A stretch of 45,831 nucleotides of DNA from Octopus sinensis (lineage: Eukaryota), in the NCBI RefSeq assembly GCF_006345805.1, contig NW_021834650.1:1-45831 (forward strand), written 5' to 3'. Positions 12,349 through 26,134 of the stretch are shown in pieces. Made by a program: the position numbers and the translations under genes. Under the pieces are notes generated by a model. That model was not told where the DNA came from and did not search any database. It saw nothing but the letters and a program-made list of their open reading frames with translations. Each line of letters starts with the position of its first letter. Within the stretch, counting starts at the first letter, position 1.

Positions 12349-12650
12349 AATGGCCCAGTGGTTAGGGCAGCGGACTCGCGGTCGTAGGATCGTGGTTTCG
12401 ATTCCCAGACCAGACGTTGTGAGTGTTTATTGAGCGAAAACACCTAAAGCTCCATGAGGCTACGGCAGGGGGTGGTGGCGATCCCTGCTGTACTCTTTCG
12501 CTACAACTTTCTCTCACTCTTTCTTCTGTTGGCTGCTCGCTTAGCCAGCGGGGTGGCGTCATTTGAAGGCTAAAACAATGCGAAGCGCATTGTGACCAGC
12601 GATGTGTAGCAACATCTGATAGCCTGGTCGATCACGGTGATCACGGTGAT
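12349..12650 (+). mobile_element. tRNA-derived SINE family C, near full length
   Basis: A box TGGCCCAGTGG, B box ggtttcgattcc, (GATCACGGT)n tail; gatatacaaa at 12337-12346 and 12648-12657 (TSD-like). Confidence 0.88.
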
Positions 12651-13203
12651 ATACAAATATATATATAAAGAGAGAGAGCAGAGAGACAAACACACACGCA
12701 CACACGCAGACACACACACACACACACATAACGTGTATCTGTGTGTATTTCTTTGAGTGTGTGTGTGTGTGTGTGTGCATCCTTCTATTTAGCAGTCATC
12801 TAATGCGGATCAAATATCTTTCAAACCAGCATTTCCATCTCCTGTATTTCTTAAAGTCTTCCGCATTTCCTCTCTCTCCAATATCCTCTCCCACCCATAC
12901 ATATAAATATATATATATATATACAAATAAATATGTGATCTCTCTATTAATAGCATCAGCTGAAGTCCATTTTGTATCTTAAATCTCTGAAGTAGAATCA
13001 TATTTGTTCTAGCCAGTAAGTTGATAGCGCAGTACAGTTCAGAATTTCGCAACTGATTTGCATATCTTCCTGAATGAAACATGAGAATAAGTAGAATCCA
13101 TTGTGAACCAAAGACTAAAAATATCAACTATGATGAAAATATTGTATATATATATATATATAACTTTAACCTTTGATTTTTGACTAGTTTCATTCATTGA
13201 ACT

Positions 13204-13360
13204 GCGGAATGCTGGCGTGCTGCCTTAAAGTGTTTAGCCCTACAGGTCGGCCCCGGTATTTATTTCTTCTTTGATGCCTGGCACTTATATCGATCCCTTT
13301 AACGGATGCTAGATACCAAGTGTTTGGCAAGCGAAGTCTTTACCACATAGCCACGTTTCC
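13204..13360 (-). mobile_element. Decayed SINE fragments
   Basis: Patchy similarity to family A tail and head (taccacatagccac). Confidence 0.4.
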
Positions 13361-13596
13361 GCCAAAATGTACACACACACATACACGCACATTGTTTGTT
13401 GTATTAAGGGACGGTAATTTTTTCTTTGCCATCTAAACACACGCACTATATATTCGCTCTTCACTCGTTTATTATTGTTCTTATTCTGGTGTCCATTGTT
13501 TGGAAACCTTACGTCACACATCTGTGACCCCTTCAGCGATACTTTCCTTCGTGTGTGCTCTTGTTCTGTTTAATCCAATGGAATCTTGCGAATCAT

Positions 13597-13682
13597 ATTA
13601 TTCAACAGATTTGTATTACTCTGATGTTATGGAAACTTATGAAATTTTAAAACATCAGAGTAATACAAATCTGTTGAATAAT
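13597..13682. repeat. Perfect 32-bp inverted repeat with 22-nt spacer
   Basis: attattcaacagatttgtattactctgatgtt (13597-13628) is the exact reverse complement of 13651-13682. Confidence 0.95.
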
Positions 13683-14569
13683 CGTCTGGAGTTGGGAGCA
13701 TATTGTATACATTGCACAACCCGAACGTTTAAATACTTTAGATAATAATTTTGTGAGTATTCCTATATTTTTAAAATTTTAATTCTTTATAATCAAATAA
13801 TAAGAAATATACTACACTAGCTTTCAATTTAACATTCATAGATGACTAAAAAAACTTCACTGCAAACTTGAAATTGGAATTTTTTTATTAAATTTAATCT
13901 AGCTTTAAAATTAATAAGGCCTTCCCCCAGTTATAAAATACTATGCCTACTCATAATAATAAGTGATAGTTTTTCCCTTTTTTCTCTAAATTACACTCTC
14001 TGTAAATGGGATTAAGACCATTTGATATTGACCCTAGTTTCTCTCACCAAAATAGCAGTTAGTGGCAATTGCTGTCTTCAACATGAATTCCTTTTATGGT
14101 GTTCTGAAACCTCCTTTACCCCATTTCTACAATTAAAAAGTCTTTATTACTTTTAACCTTATAGCAGTTAGGAACAGCCATATCTTGGTCAGTCAGTGAA
14201 AGGATTTCACTACCTCAAATGTTCTTAAAATGTAAATCCACATCTTTGTCTGTATATTTACCTTCTCTATAATGTTGCCACTTGATTTGAAAACTTTTGT
14301 ATTAATGGAAAACCTCTATAATTGGCTGATGAGTACTCAGCATCTTAAATCTGTTGTAATACTTACAACATTTAATAAAATGATGTAGTACGAAACGATT
14401 GTACCAAATTACCGGAGTCATTCTTGTTGCTTATTTTGATTATAATCACCCCACAAATTTTTATCGATAACACCATACATTTTGAAACTGCACAGTAATC
14501 TCTCCAAGTTTGAAAAGATGAATTATAATAACTATACCGCTTCAATGTATGCTGCGCATAGAGCATCAT

Positions 14570-15136
14570 TTTAGAGAGAGGAAGAGAGAGAGGGAGAGGG
14601 AGAGGAAGAGAGGGAGTGGAAGAGAGGGAGTGGAAGAGGGGGAGAGGAAGAGAGGGAGAGGAGAGAGATAGAGAGGGAGAGCAGAGAGGATGAGAGAGAG
14701 GGAGGGAGTGTATGCGTAGGTATGATGAGGTTTGAAAGAGAAAAGAGAGATGAATTAAAAAAGTTATAGTGTCTGTATGTACAAGTATGCGTGCGAATGA
14801 AAGAATATGAGAAAGAATGAGAGAGAGAGAGTGAATGAGAGGACAGAGAAAGAGAGGAGAAATGGAGAGAGAAAGAGATAAAAATGGGAGAGAAGGAGGA
14901 AACGTGTATGTATGTTGTGTGTGTGTGTGTGGTGGTGTGTGTGTGGTGAGGATTGTAAGAGAAAAGAGAGATGAATAACAAAGTTTTGTGTGTATGTGTA
15001 CGCGAATGTGTGTGCATGAAAGAAATTGAGAGAGAATGAGAGAGGGAATGAAAGAAAGAGAGAGAGAGAGAGTGAGAGAGAATGAGATTGAGAATAAAAG
15101 AAAGAGAGAGAGAGAATGAGAGGGAAAAGAGAGAGA
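14570..15136. repeat. Purine-rich (GA) low-complexity tract
   Basis: Directly visible. Confidence 0.9.
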
Positions 15137-15464
15137 TACCATTAACAAAAGAATGTAATATATACAGAGAATTGGATAGCTTACCACTCCATTATAACTA
15201 TCAGTTGTTTCAGTATATCTTTTATTCAATCGTCTGTTTTTAACCAAAGGAGCAGCTCAGAGCTGATTTTTTTGTTCACGTATTATTTCGGGATGATTAT
15301 GGATTTGGGTGCTAATTTAGGAAAACATTCGTTGAGACATGAAGTCATATACCTTCCATACATATATCCACCTCTTTCTCTCATGATGTATACACACACA
15401 CAAACATACATATAGGTATGCTTTATATTTAGGTATATAAATATATGTAATATGATTATATATA

Positions 15465-15509
<45 letters not shown>

Positions 15510-15643
15510 ATGTAAATAAATAAATATATATATATGTATATATATATATATTTATATATTTACATATACACATATATATATATATGTACATATTTACATA
15601 ATACATACATATATATGTATATGTTTATATATATATATATATA

Positions 15644-15718
<75 letters not shown>

Positions 15719-16894
15719 GTATGTATATATGTACATATATACACATATCTATATATCTGGAGCATGTGTGTATACCGCACACTCATATACATAAGTGTTC
15801 CTCTATACATGCATACACACTGATTGTGCTATAATAACGATATATAAAACTATATACACATGCATATATTCATCTGGGTATGTTCATATATACATAAAAG
15901 CAAACTGAGTATGGCAGGCATCGGAATCTATGAGAGAGGTTATCGTTGAATCACATTTATACACACACACATACACACATATATATATGTATATATATAT
16001 GTAATATATATGTATATTTGTACAATTTTCACAATCTCCATTAAATATCAGACTATATCGATTCAGTTGCTTCTTATAATGCGGAATTAATCTTATATTA
16101 TATTATCTTTCGCTTTCGAATACACACACACTTACACACAAACGCGCGCTTTCGAATACACACATACTTACACACAAACGCGCGCGTATAGGCACATATA
16201 AATACAAACACACATATATAAATATATATATTCATGCATTATAGCCAATCATATGTATATGTATATATGCGTGTAAGTATGTTTGTATGTATATATTTCG
16301 CTCTCTCTCTTTCCTCTCTCTCCGCATCCTCTCTCTCTCTTATTATATATATATATATAGTGTAATAAATAAAATATATGCATATATACAAACATATATG
16401 TACGTACCGACATCTACATGTATATATACATGCATATATAAATATATATATATATATGTATGTATGTATATATATACATATATATATACCGCGGAATGTA
16501 TAGTCAACCACTTTAAGCATCCTAAATTTAGTAGCAGTGACACCGTAAACTTAGTGGCGACGGAAAACATGGCTGCCTCATGTAACTATATCTACCTTCA
16601 TTATTAAGAGTAACCTTATATGCTCCGAAAGTGGGGTAACCATATTTTCCTAACTACATAACCTTTGTATGCAGTCTGAAAGAAGTACATGCGACCCGCT
16701 GCTTGTGAATGGAATGGAACACAACGTCGATACTCAAGTTTTCGATCCCGTTATGCGCTCTACTTTCATGTTTAATCAAAAATGATCTGCACCACAAATA
16801 TATATATATATATCATATATATATATATATATATATGTACATATTTACATAATACATACATATATATGTATATATATATACATACATACATACA

Positions 16895-17320
16895 TACTCT
16901 TTACTCTTTTACTCTTTTACTTGTTTCAGTAATTTGACTGCGGCCATGCTTGAGCACCGCCTTTATAGTCGAGCAAATCAACGCCAGGCCTTATTCTTTG
17001 GAAGCCTGGTACTTATTCTATCGGTTTCTTTTTGCCGAACGGCTATGTTACGGGGACATAAACACACCAGCATCGGTTGTCAAGCGATGCTGGGGGGGAC
17101 AAACAGACACACAAACATACACACACACCTACATATATATACATATATACATATACGACGAGCTTCTTCCAGTTTCCGTCTACCAAATCCACTCACAAGG
17201 CTTTGGTTAGCCCGAGGCTATAGTAGAAGACACTTGCCCAAGGTGCCACATAGTGGAACTGAACCCGGGACCATGTGGTTGGTAAGCAAGCTACTTACCA
17301 CACAGCTACTCCAGTGCCTA
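16895..17320 (-). mobile_element. Full-length SINE family A
   Basis: Complete reverse-complement copy directly downstream of the LINE tail. Confidence 0.92.
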
Positions 17321-17329
17321 TAAAAAAGT

Positions 17330-17765
17330 TTTTCTTTGTTGTTTCAGCTCAGAGCTGTGGCCATGCTAGAGCACCGCCGTTTTGTTACACTGTTCTTACT
17401 GAGAGCTTCCTCTAATATGTAGCACTTGGTGAAGAATGGAGTTTGATGTAGCTACCCTCATTTGCACCTCTTGGTGTGAAGTAGGTTCATCTGGGACTCT
17501 CGACAGGAAGAGGTCTTGCCTTGATTCAAAAACACTTACTACATCTACTTTGTGCAGGTTCCTCAGGCTCTTTGGGAGAATATCAAAAAGCTGTGGGGCC
17601 CTGAAACACAGGCCGTTGCAGTAACTGGTCCTGAAGCGCGATGGTATTGCAGGAATCTTTGGCACAGTGCAGTGTCGACCAGTTCTGGCATTGGTGTAGC
17701 TTTCAATGCCAAAATTTGGCACAATTCCTTCCAGAATCTTCCATATCTATAATACTGTATACCTG
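17330..17765 (-). mobile_element. 5'-truncated CR1/L2-type LINE: ORF2 C-terminus and 3' UTR
   Basis: RYTVL*IWKILEGIVPNFGI...CFRAPQLFDILPKSLRN...DLFLSRVPDEP matches the CR1/L2-clade ORF2 tail motif (APxLFNxLP...D.FL..PD.P); 3' tail with CAGCTCTGAGCTG hairpin. Confidence 0.85.
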
Positions 17766-17871
17766 TTTGTGAAATTAAATAAACTAATATGGTTTCAAAA
17801 TCAATCCTGACCATACGTGATATTTAAAAGAATGAGAGAGATGCTTATATATCGTTTCTTCTGAAAGTGTC

Positions 17872-18050
17872 TACATGGGTGCAGGCATGACTGTGTGGTT
17901 AAGAAATTTGATTCACAACCACGCTGTTTCAAGTTCAGCTCCACAGAGAGGTAAGTTGGACATCTATCTTCTTCAACTAAAGCTCCGAGTTGAGCAATAT
18001 CTTGTAAGCAATTTTTATCGTCAGAATCCAAGTAGAAGTGCGTCGTATAT
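17872..18050 (+). mobile_element. Degenerate SINE family A head
   Basis: gcaggcatgactgtgtggttaagaa...cgtcgtatat. Confidence 0.6.
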
Positions 18051-18139
18051 ACATATATATAGACATATATATTTATGTGTGTTGTGTGTGTATACACATA
18101 CACACACCTATTGATTCAGTCAATGGTGCATGTTCAGGC

Positions 18140-18330
18140 CCATGCTGAAAATCTGCATTTAAGGGTTTTAGTCGAACAAATGAACTCTCGTACTTATTTT
18201 TTTGAAGACTGGCAGTTATTTTACCAGACTCGTCTTGCCGAACTGCTAAGTTACCGTGTCATAAACAAACTAACACGGGTCGTGAAGTGGATGTAGCGAA
18301 AAACACAAGCACAAACACATACAGGCATAT
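18140..18330 (-). mobile_element. Degenerate SINE family A 3' half
   Basis: ttagtcgaacaaat...ttgccgaactgctaagttac. Confidence 0.55.
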
Positions 18331-18352
18331 ATATACACATGCATATATATAT

Positions 18353-18413
<61 letters not shown>

Positions 18414-18904
18414 AATACGAAAGCGTCACGCTTGAGTGATTTCAACGTTCAAGTTGCAGTCGCATTCGTACACATACGAATACATACACACATACATACA
18501 TACATACATGCATACATGCATACATACATACACGCAAATACACACACATCCGGATGCATCCACCCTCAAACACTTACCAATTCCAGAAACATACGTACCA
18601 TAAGCAATATACGCACATACACATTGAATGATCAGAGAGTCCAATCAGCCACTCATCAGCACAGTATTGCTATTTCGGTAATGTGCAAATAGAATGTCGC
18701 ACCATTAATCATATGGATTCCCAGGTCACGCACCGACACCGACGCTAGGATTGCACTACCCCGTGTTCCTGTGTACTCCGATTGTAGCCTGTGGGCCAAC
18801 AGTAGAGCGCATGAATATTCTCGGAATTGAACTGCATGTTATTTTCATCAGCCACTTCGTATATTTTTGATTCGGAATTTTTTGTGATTTTATTTCTTTT
18901 ATAT

Positions 18905-19281
18905 CTTATACTTGTTTCAGTCGTTGGAGCGCGGCTATGCTCGGGCACTGCCTTGAAAAGTTTAGTCGAGCAGACTTACCCAAGTATTGAATTTTTTAAA
19001 AACTGGTACTTATTCTAACCGTCTCCTTTTGCCGAACCGCTATGTAACAAAGGCATAAAAGAACCAGCAGCGATTTGTCAAGTGGTGATAGAGGACAAGC
19101 ACAAACAGAAAGACATACGCATATAAATATATTCATAAATGTATAAATATACAGGAAGGGTTTCTTTCAGATTCCGTCAACCCAAACTACTGACTAAGCT
19201 TTAGTCGATTTGGGGCTATAATAGAAGACACTTGCTGAAGTGGTTGGGAAGCAAGATCCTAACCACACAGCCACGCCTGCA
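18905..19281 (-). mobile_element. Old, diverged SINE family A copy
   Basis: Tail, body and head all alignable with many substitutions. Confidence 0.75.
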
Positions 19282-19315
19282 TTATGAGAGAGAGAGTGAA
19301 ATGGAGAGAGTGAGT

Positions 19316-19350
<35 letters not shown>

Positions 19351-19724
19351 CAAAATTTGAGGAATTTTATGTCTCTCTTTATTCAGGAACAGTTTGATAT
19401 AATGGTGAACAGTCAACAGTATTGGAGAACATAAAAATTAAAGCAGTAGCGGAGCAGACGTTCGCTGGAAGCCGTCTGAATATTAGAAAAGAGGGACCTG
19501 TATCTTTTCGCATCGGGTATCAAAATGCCGACATCATGACAGTTGCTCTATAATCTGTTAAACACAGTAATGGCTATAAGTTATGACATTGGCAATTGCA
19601 ACGGAGTCTGTGAAACCTTGACCAGCAGGATAGGACACAACAGCCCTTATGATTGCATCTGCATAGCAGAATTCATCTTGTAACAACTGTAGATTAGGGC
19701 CTTAGGCTCAATTCAGGCGGCAAT

Positions 19725-20125
19725 TTGAAGCTGCTGGAGATTGTGGTAAAAACCTGGCTGGAGATGGTTTTTGCTAGAAAACTGTATATGTGACTGAAAG
19801 TTTCGGCTCCATGCCATACCTCATAAAAGAGTCCGAAGTTGTTGTAAGAGAATTTCTACAACTCCACCAGCCCCAATTTCTGGCCTCTTAATTCCCTCGA
19901 TTATAATACCACGGACTACTGTGTGGAGCGCGTTTGAGAAAGATACCAACCTCTCTACCTCAAACACCAAAGCGGAGCCGGTAGCCAAGATCAAGGAGAT
20001 GCTCTAAGATCTTCCCAGGGACATATACGTTTTGAGGTTTTTAAAAATACGTTTATTTTTCGTTGAGATAGTGTGTTTTATTTCACTTTCATGCAAACTG
20101 TCAGATTTAGATCGAACACCCCGTA
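19725..20125 (+). mobile_element. Tc1/mariner (maT/DD37D-like) 3' fragment, pseudogenised
   Basis: LLEIVVKTW...SAPCHTS*KS...ENFY...PNFWPLNSLDYN...DY(Y)VW.AFEKDTN...KAE.VAKIKE..DLPRD with stops; ends in TIR-like tcgaacaccccgta. Confidence 0.8.
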
Positions 20126-20518
20126 CATTCGCACTCATGCATATGTGATATACATGTGTGGATTTAATAGGAAGTTATAGGGTGGTACCTAACCAAACTT
20201 TATGTAGAACGAATTTCAAAGTAAATTTCGTGCAAATGTCTTCCTCACACAGTCAAACCAGAATGCATTTGTAATGTAGATTATAATTATAACAGTCGAG
20301 ACAACATCACGCATTTCACTATTTTTTCTCATGAAATACTTTAACCGTGATGCGGTTCATGAGTTTTTTTTACGAATCATTAGCACGAAAATCTATAAGA
20401 ATATGCTTGTATGTATGTTTTTGTATGTATCTATGTATATATATTAATATATGTATATGTACAGACATATATGCATGTATGTATGTATATATACATATAT
20501 GAATATATATATAATATT

Positions 20519-20587
<69 letters not shown>

Positions 20588-20615
20588 TTATAAATATATA
20601 TAAATATATATATAT

Positions 20616-21010
20616 CTTTTATGTCTTTTACTTGTTTCGATCATTTGACTGTGGTCATGCTGGAGCACCCAGGACTTATTCTATGGAAGCCTAGTACTTA
20701 TTCTATCGGACTTTTGCCGAACCGCTAAGTTACGGGGACGTAAACACAGCACCATCGGTTGTCAAGCGATATTGGGGCGACACAAACACAGACACACAAA
20801 CACATACACACACATACATATATATATATATACATACATATATACGACGGGTTTCTTTCAGTTTCCGTCTACCAAATCCACTCACAAGGCTTTGGTCGGC
20901 CCGAGGCTATAGTAGAAGACACTTGCCCAAGGTGCCACGCAGTGGGACTGAACCCGGAACCATGTGGTTCGTAAGCAAGCTACTTACCACTAAATCACTC
21001 CTACGCCTAT
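20616..21010 (-). mobile_element. SINE family A with internal deletion in the tail
   Basis: Reverse-complement copy; segment between ggagcacc and caggactt missing. Confidence 0.9.
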
Positions 21011-21024
21011 TTTCTTTTTTTGTA

Positions 21025-21101
21025 CAGCAGGGATAGACACCACTCTCTGCCGGAGCGTCGTGGAGCTTTAGGTGTTTTCGCTGAATAAACACTCACAACG
21101 C
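21025..21101 (-). mobile_element. SINE family C fragment
   Basis: gagctttaggtgttttcgctgaataaacactcacaacg is the reverse complement of 12416-12452. Confidence 0.75.
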
Positions 21102-21102
21102 C

Positions 21103-21157
<55 letters not shown>

Positions 21158-21463
21158 CCCTAGAAGGATATATTGTTCTATCCTTACTTTTATTATAACT
21201 CCAATAAACATCCTTCCACCCCTTTGTAAGGTTTATACCATGTTCTTTATATATAAATTTTACCAGTTAACGGTTTGGAGCCGAATACTTACTTATATAT
21301 ATGTGTATATGTATATATGTATGTATTAACTGGTCAACATTGAAACTGTTTTTTCAACAACAAATTTGCCTATATTTTATCCTGCGTGGAAATACACCCA
21401 CTCTTTTGTTTTACACAGACCCAGACACAGACCCCCCCACACCCACACATACACACACGCACG

Positions 21464-21494
<31 letters not shown>

Positions 21495-21645
21495 ATAAAT
21501 TTATATATATATATAAATTTATATATATATATATAAATCTATACACATATATATATTTATAAGATGCTTCGAGGATGTGTGTTAATTCTAACAGTTTATA
21601 CCCTATAATTTGTAATTTCATTTTAGATTTAACCCATCAGAAATC

Positions 21646-22686
21646 ATGAAGGCGACCAGACTAAGCTTTAAACAAAGGAAATTTATCTTAAAGTTCTACT
21701 GGGTGTTTGAAATGCAGTCGCTCCACAAGGACAGTTTAGCAGGGAGTTTCAAATGCATCCCCCTATGCGACTTAACATCACTAGAATTAGAGATAACTTT
21801 GAAGTAGATGGAGTTGTTCAGAATGACCAGAGGAAACGTTCCGTAAGACTGCAGATATCGCCAAGTACAACAAAACAAGAAGAGCTACGAGAGGTTTATT
21901 GCCAGAATTTAAGTAAATATGTGCAGCAAGTGGTTTGTGATATAGGTATTTTGAAATCTTGTGTCCATTGTATTTTGAAGCGCCCTTATTGAAAAAATTG
22001 CATTCTAAGAATAGTCCTTGCTCTCAATGAATATGTTCTTGACCGAAGAGTGGTATTTTGCGATTGGTACCTAGCAAGATGAGTAGAAGATGCATACTTT
22101 TTAACATTAGGTGTTTAAAGTGACGTGGCTACATTTAAACGAAATGGTTCAATTTACCGTCACAGTTGTGTCTACTGGGCCTCAGAATCTGCATATTATG
22201 GAAGAACATCATGTTATTCCCCTGGGGTTACAGTATGGTGAGACTTATCATTAAATGGATTAAATGGACCATTCCTTCTTGACGGTGCCGTAACTGGTCC
22301 CGTCTACTCGAGCTTGCTGCACTGAAATAAAATAAATCCGTCACGCCAAGCCTTCAAAAGTACTTTAATGATTTATTTCCAGTAAGATAAGGCAATGCCA
22401 CACTATTATTGCAACGTAAGAGTCTCTCTTGATGAGAATTTGATGTAAAGATCGATTGACGAAAAGCTTCAGTTGCATACCGCCTATAGTCACCAGATCT
22501 AACACGACTAGACTTTTTATGCGGGATACTTAAAAGATAAATGTTATGGTTTGAGGGCGTGCATCATACGACAATGCGCACAAATACCGAACGACATTGC
22601 TTCTAAATGTTTGCGATTTCGTTGTGTTGTGTTATCAGCAGTTCCTAGACGAGAACGGTCATCATTTTGAAACCATACGTTTCTAA
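21646..22686 (+). pseudogene. Near full-length decayed DD41D (rosa/Visitor-type) Tc1/mariner transposase
   Basis: MKATRLSFKQRKFILKFYW... HTH; SDVATFKRNGSIYRHSCVYW; Q*D...SPDLTRLD with 41 residues between the last two Asp after repairing a 1-nt deletion; ends DENGHHFE; many stops and frameshifts. Confidence 0.85.
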
Positions 22687-22899
22687 AAAGATTAATTCTG
22701 TCTGTGGATTGTATAAAAAAAATTTTAAATATGTATTTCAATAGACACTACCATTTTAATCCTTCAATCTGTGTGTGTATTAATGTGTCTGTATATATAT
22801 AGATATATTCACACACGCACACACACCCACCCACACTTATATAAAGATATACATATATCGACACACTCATATATATATACACACAGATATATACACATT

Positions 22900-23058
22900 T
22901 TTACTTAGCCATTCGATAAATCATTTTCGACAGATTAAGTAACGGCTGTAGTGACTAAAAAGCGGGGCGCAATATAAAAACAAAACAAAACTAAAAGTTG
23001 TCTTTAAAAGCGCTGCTCCAGTATGGCCACAACCTGATGACTAAAAGCATCAAAAGAA
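22900..23058 (+). mobile_element. Decayed SINE family A tail
   Basis: gcgctgctccagtatggccacaacctgatgactaaaag. Confidence 0.45.
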
Positions 23059-23286
23059 TATACATATTTACATTCCGTTAGTTTGTGTAAATCACTTAGT
23101 TTTTTTTTCTCTCTAAACTGGGTTTCTAATGCATTATATGTTTTTCCTATATAATCTATACTTTGTCCGCCATATATGTAATTAACTTGCTAAAAATAAC
23201 ATTTCCATAAACAAAAGAAGCCAAAAATTAAAGAAATACACGCACAAATCAAAAATTGTGCTTCGCATTCAATAATATGGAATAGA

Positions 23287-23325
<39 letters not shown>

Positions 23326-23589
23326 GTAAATATTTAAGTGAGGCAGTGACAGCAAAAACATTAGACTTTTTTTGTAGCTTCAATAGTTTTCTGATACAAG
23401 AGAATGGTCAGTGAGGCAAGAATTCAGCAACAGTAAATAAACAAATACGAATACTAATACGGTACCTAATATTTTAGCGGTTTGATATAATGGAGAGGAA
23501 AAGAAATAAGAACATTCATGGCAGAAACGTTTTCACATACGCATGCATACGCGCACACATATACATGCATAAACTACATACCTCATGCA

Positions 23590-23837
<248 letters not shown>

Positions 23838-24357
23838 GTGTGCATGCATTTATATATATTATATTTATACATTTATAGAGTAGAAGAAAGATGAATACGA
23901 ATTAAGAAATAACATGCAGAGACGAAAGTAATGAGAATTGACTTACCATAACCCTAAAATTCAATCATGAAGTTGATTTAGAGTATTACAAAGGGGTAAG
24001 TATAGCAGGCCGGCAAACAAAAAGAAAAAAAAAAGAAAAAAAAAAATGAAAATCAGCAAGAAAAACCGTGTAAATAAAACATCACTCTCGCTACTTTGTT
24101 ATGCGTTCTGCAGTTTACGAGTTTACAAACACGTTAAAAGTAAACAGAAGTGCAGTAACCTAAAAATCTTAGTATTTGCAGGAAAAAGAGACTTACGAAT
24201 AAACGCGTCGCTTACATGCAGGAAAAGAGACAATGAAAAAAATGAATCATAAATCTTAAGACGATCATCTTGGTTTCTAAGTATATGTATATATATGTCT
24301 TTGCATATACATACATACATACGTACATACATACATACATACATACATACATACATA

Positions 24358-24406
<49 letters not shown>

Positions 24407-24493
24407 TATATGTATATACATATGTAAATACATATATATATATGTATATACTTATGTATACATTTTTCTTTGCCAGTTTTTACCTGGGAATAG

Positions 24494-24536
<43 letters not shown>

Positions 24537-24595
24537 TAAATATATATATAAATAAATATATATATATATATATTATATATATATATATATGTATA

Positions 24596-24626
<31 letters not shown>

Positions 24627-25572
24627 AATATATAAATATATATATATGTATGCATGTATGTGTATATGTATGTATATATATGTATATATATGTGTGTGTG
24701 TGTATCTATATACATATGTATATATATGTATCTAAGTATATTTATGTAAATACGGCACAGCACGCATTGAAACAAAACTCTAGAAACCCCCACCGCACCA
24801 CAAACCCCCCTATCATGTCTATCTATGAACACGTATGAGCGCAAATGAAATTTGCTATCGAAACCTATCACAGCGGGCAAAAATATACTGTGCAAATATT
24901 ACAAGTCCAAACTTATTCTATACAACTATTTCTGATGAATATAGAAGTAATGATAAGAACGACTAAAAAAAAAATAAACTCTTGGTAGATAATAATTTTG
25001 ATGGATTTAAAAAAAAAAACCCAGTCTATTAGCTATAACTAACCATTCTTTTGGGGACCACAACAAAGGGAGCAATTTCTGTGAGCAAATATTATTGATC
25101 CTGTTTACATAAACAATGAATTAACGCGGCAAAAGCTATCTATATCGATGTGTATTAATAATCTTCTAGTATTTGATTGCTTCTATATAGATAATATTCA
25201 TGCTTTGTTGTCTCGCTTCAATTGATTGTTTGGTATGCTTGTATATACATACGAATGTATGTACGTATGTGTATATTTTATGTATGTATATATGTATGTA
25301 TGCGCCTGTGCGTGTGTAACATGTATATTTTTACATATATTCACCTACATATATTTGTACATGTTTGATAAATATATATGTAGATGTGTATGGTTATATA
25401 TATAAAAACACACACATATGTATGCATACAGGCATATACCCATACTGACATACATCCACACTAACGCATATATACATATACGTGCGTCTTTATATGTGCT
25501 TGTGTGTGTGTGTATATATATATTTCTGGTATATATATCTACAAATATACACCCACATATATTTACATAAAT

Positions 25573-25606
<34 letters not shown>

Positions 25607-25646
25607 ATATATGTGAATTCAACAGAACTCACTTGAATCTTAATTA

Positions 25647-25735
<89 letters not shown>

Positions 25736-25949
25736 TTGTGTATACACCTACATATATTGACGTGAATTATAGAACATAGATAACACTGAGCAACAAAAGA
25801 GATTTATTGTCTGCTACTCAGACAAATAGTGCTGTACTAGAATAAATCGAGTAAGTTGATTCCGAATCTGAACTCAGAATTGCTGTTGCACATCAGGATT
25901 TTGAGTTACTGACATAATTATATGTTAATACGGTATTAGAATCGTTGTA

Positions 25950-26134
25950 GGCGCGTGGCCTAGTGGTTAGAGCAGCGGACTCACGGTCGCGGGGATCGCG
26001 GTTCGAATCTCAGGCTGAGCGATGTGTGTATTTGAGCGAAACACTTAAGCTCTACGGGGTTCCCGCAGAAGGTAATGGCGAACTGCTGCTGACTCTTTTG
26101 CCACAACTTTCTCTCACTCTTTCCTCCTGCATCT
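25950..26134 (+). mobile_element. SINE family C, 3'-truncated
   Basis: A box TGGCCTAGTGG, B box GGTTCGAATC, body homologous to the 12349 copy. Confidence 0.85.

Noticed and set aside
14030-14350. Minus-strand frame resembling a decayed transposase
   Set aside because: Multiple stops and no diagnostic motif.
14372-15247. 291-aa Ser/Leu-rich ORF
   Set aside because: Antisense reading of a GA tract.
15253-15265. Isolated CAGCTCAGAGCTG hairpin identical to the LINE tail
   Set aside because: 13 bp without flanking homology; could be chance.
16675-16785. Candidate terminal exon SERSTCDPLLVNGMEHNVDTQVFDPVMRSTFMFNQK*
   Set aside because: Good branch point and acceptor, but short, with no homology and no linked exons.
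25950-26020. tRNA gene-like sequence (also 12349, 29705, 4804)
   Set aside because: A and B boxes are present, but there is no proper cloverleaf or acceptor stem and each continues into a SINE body.
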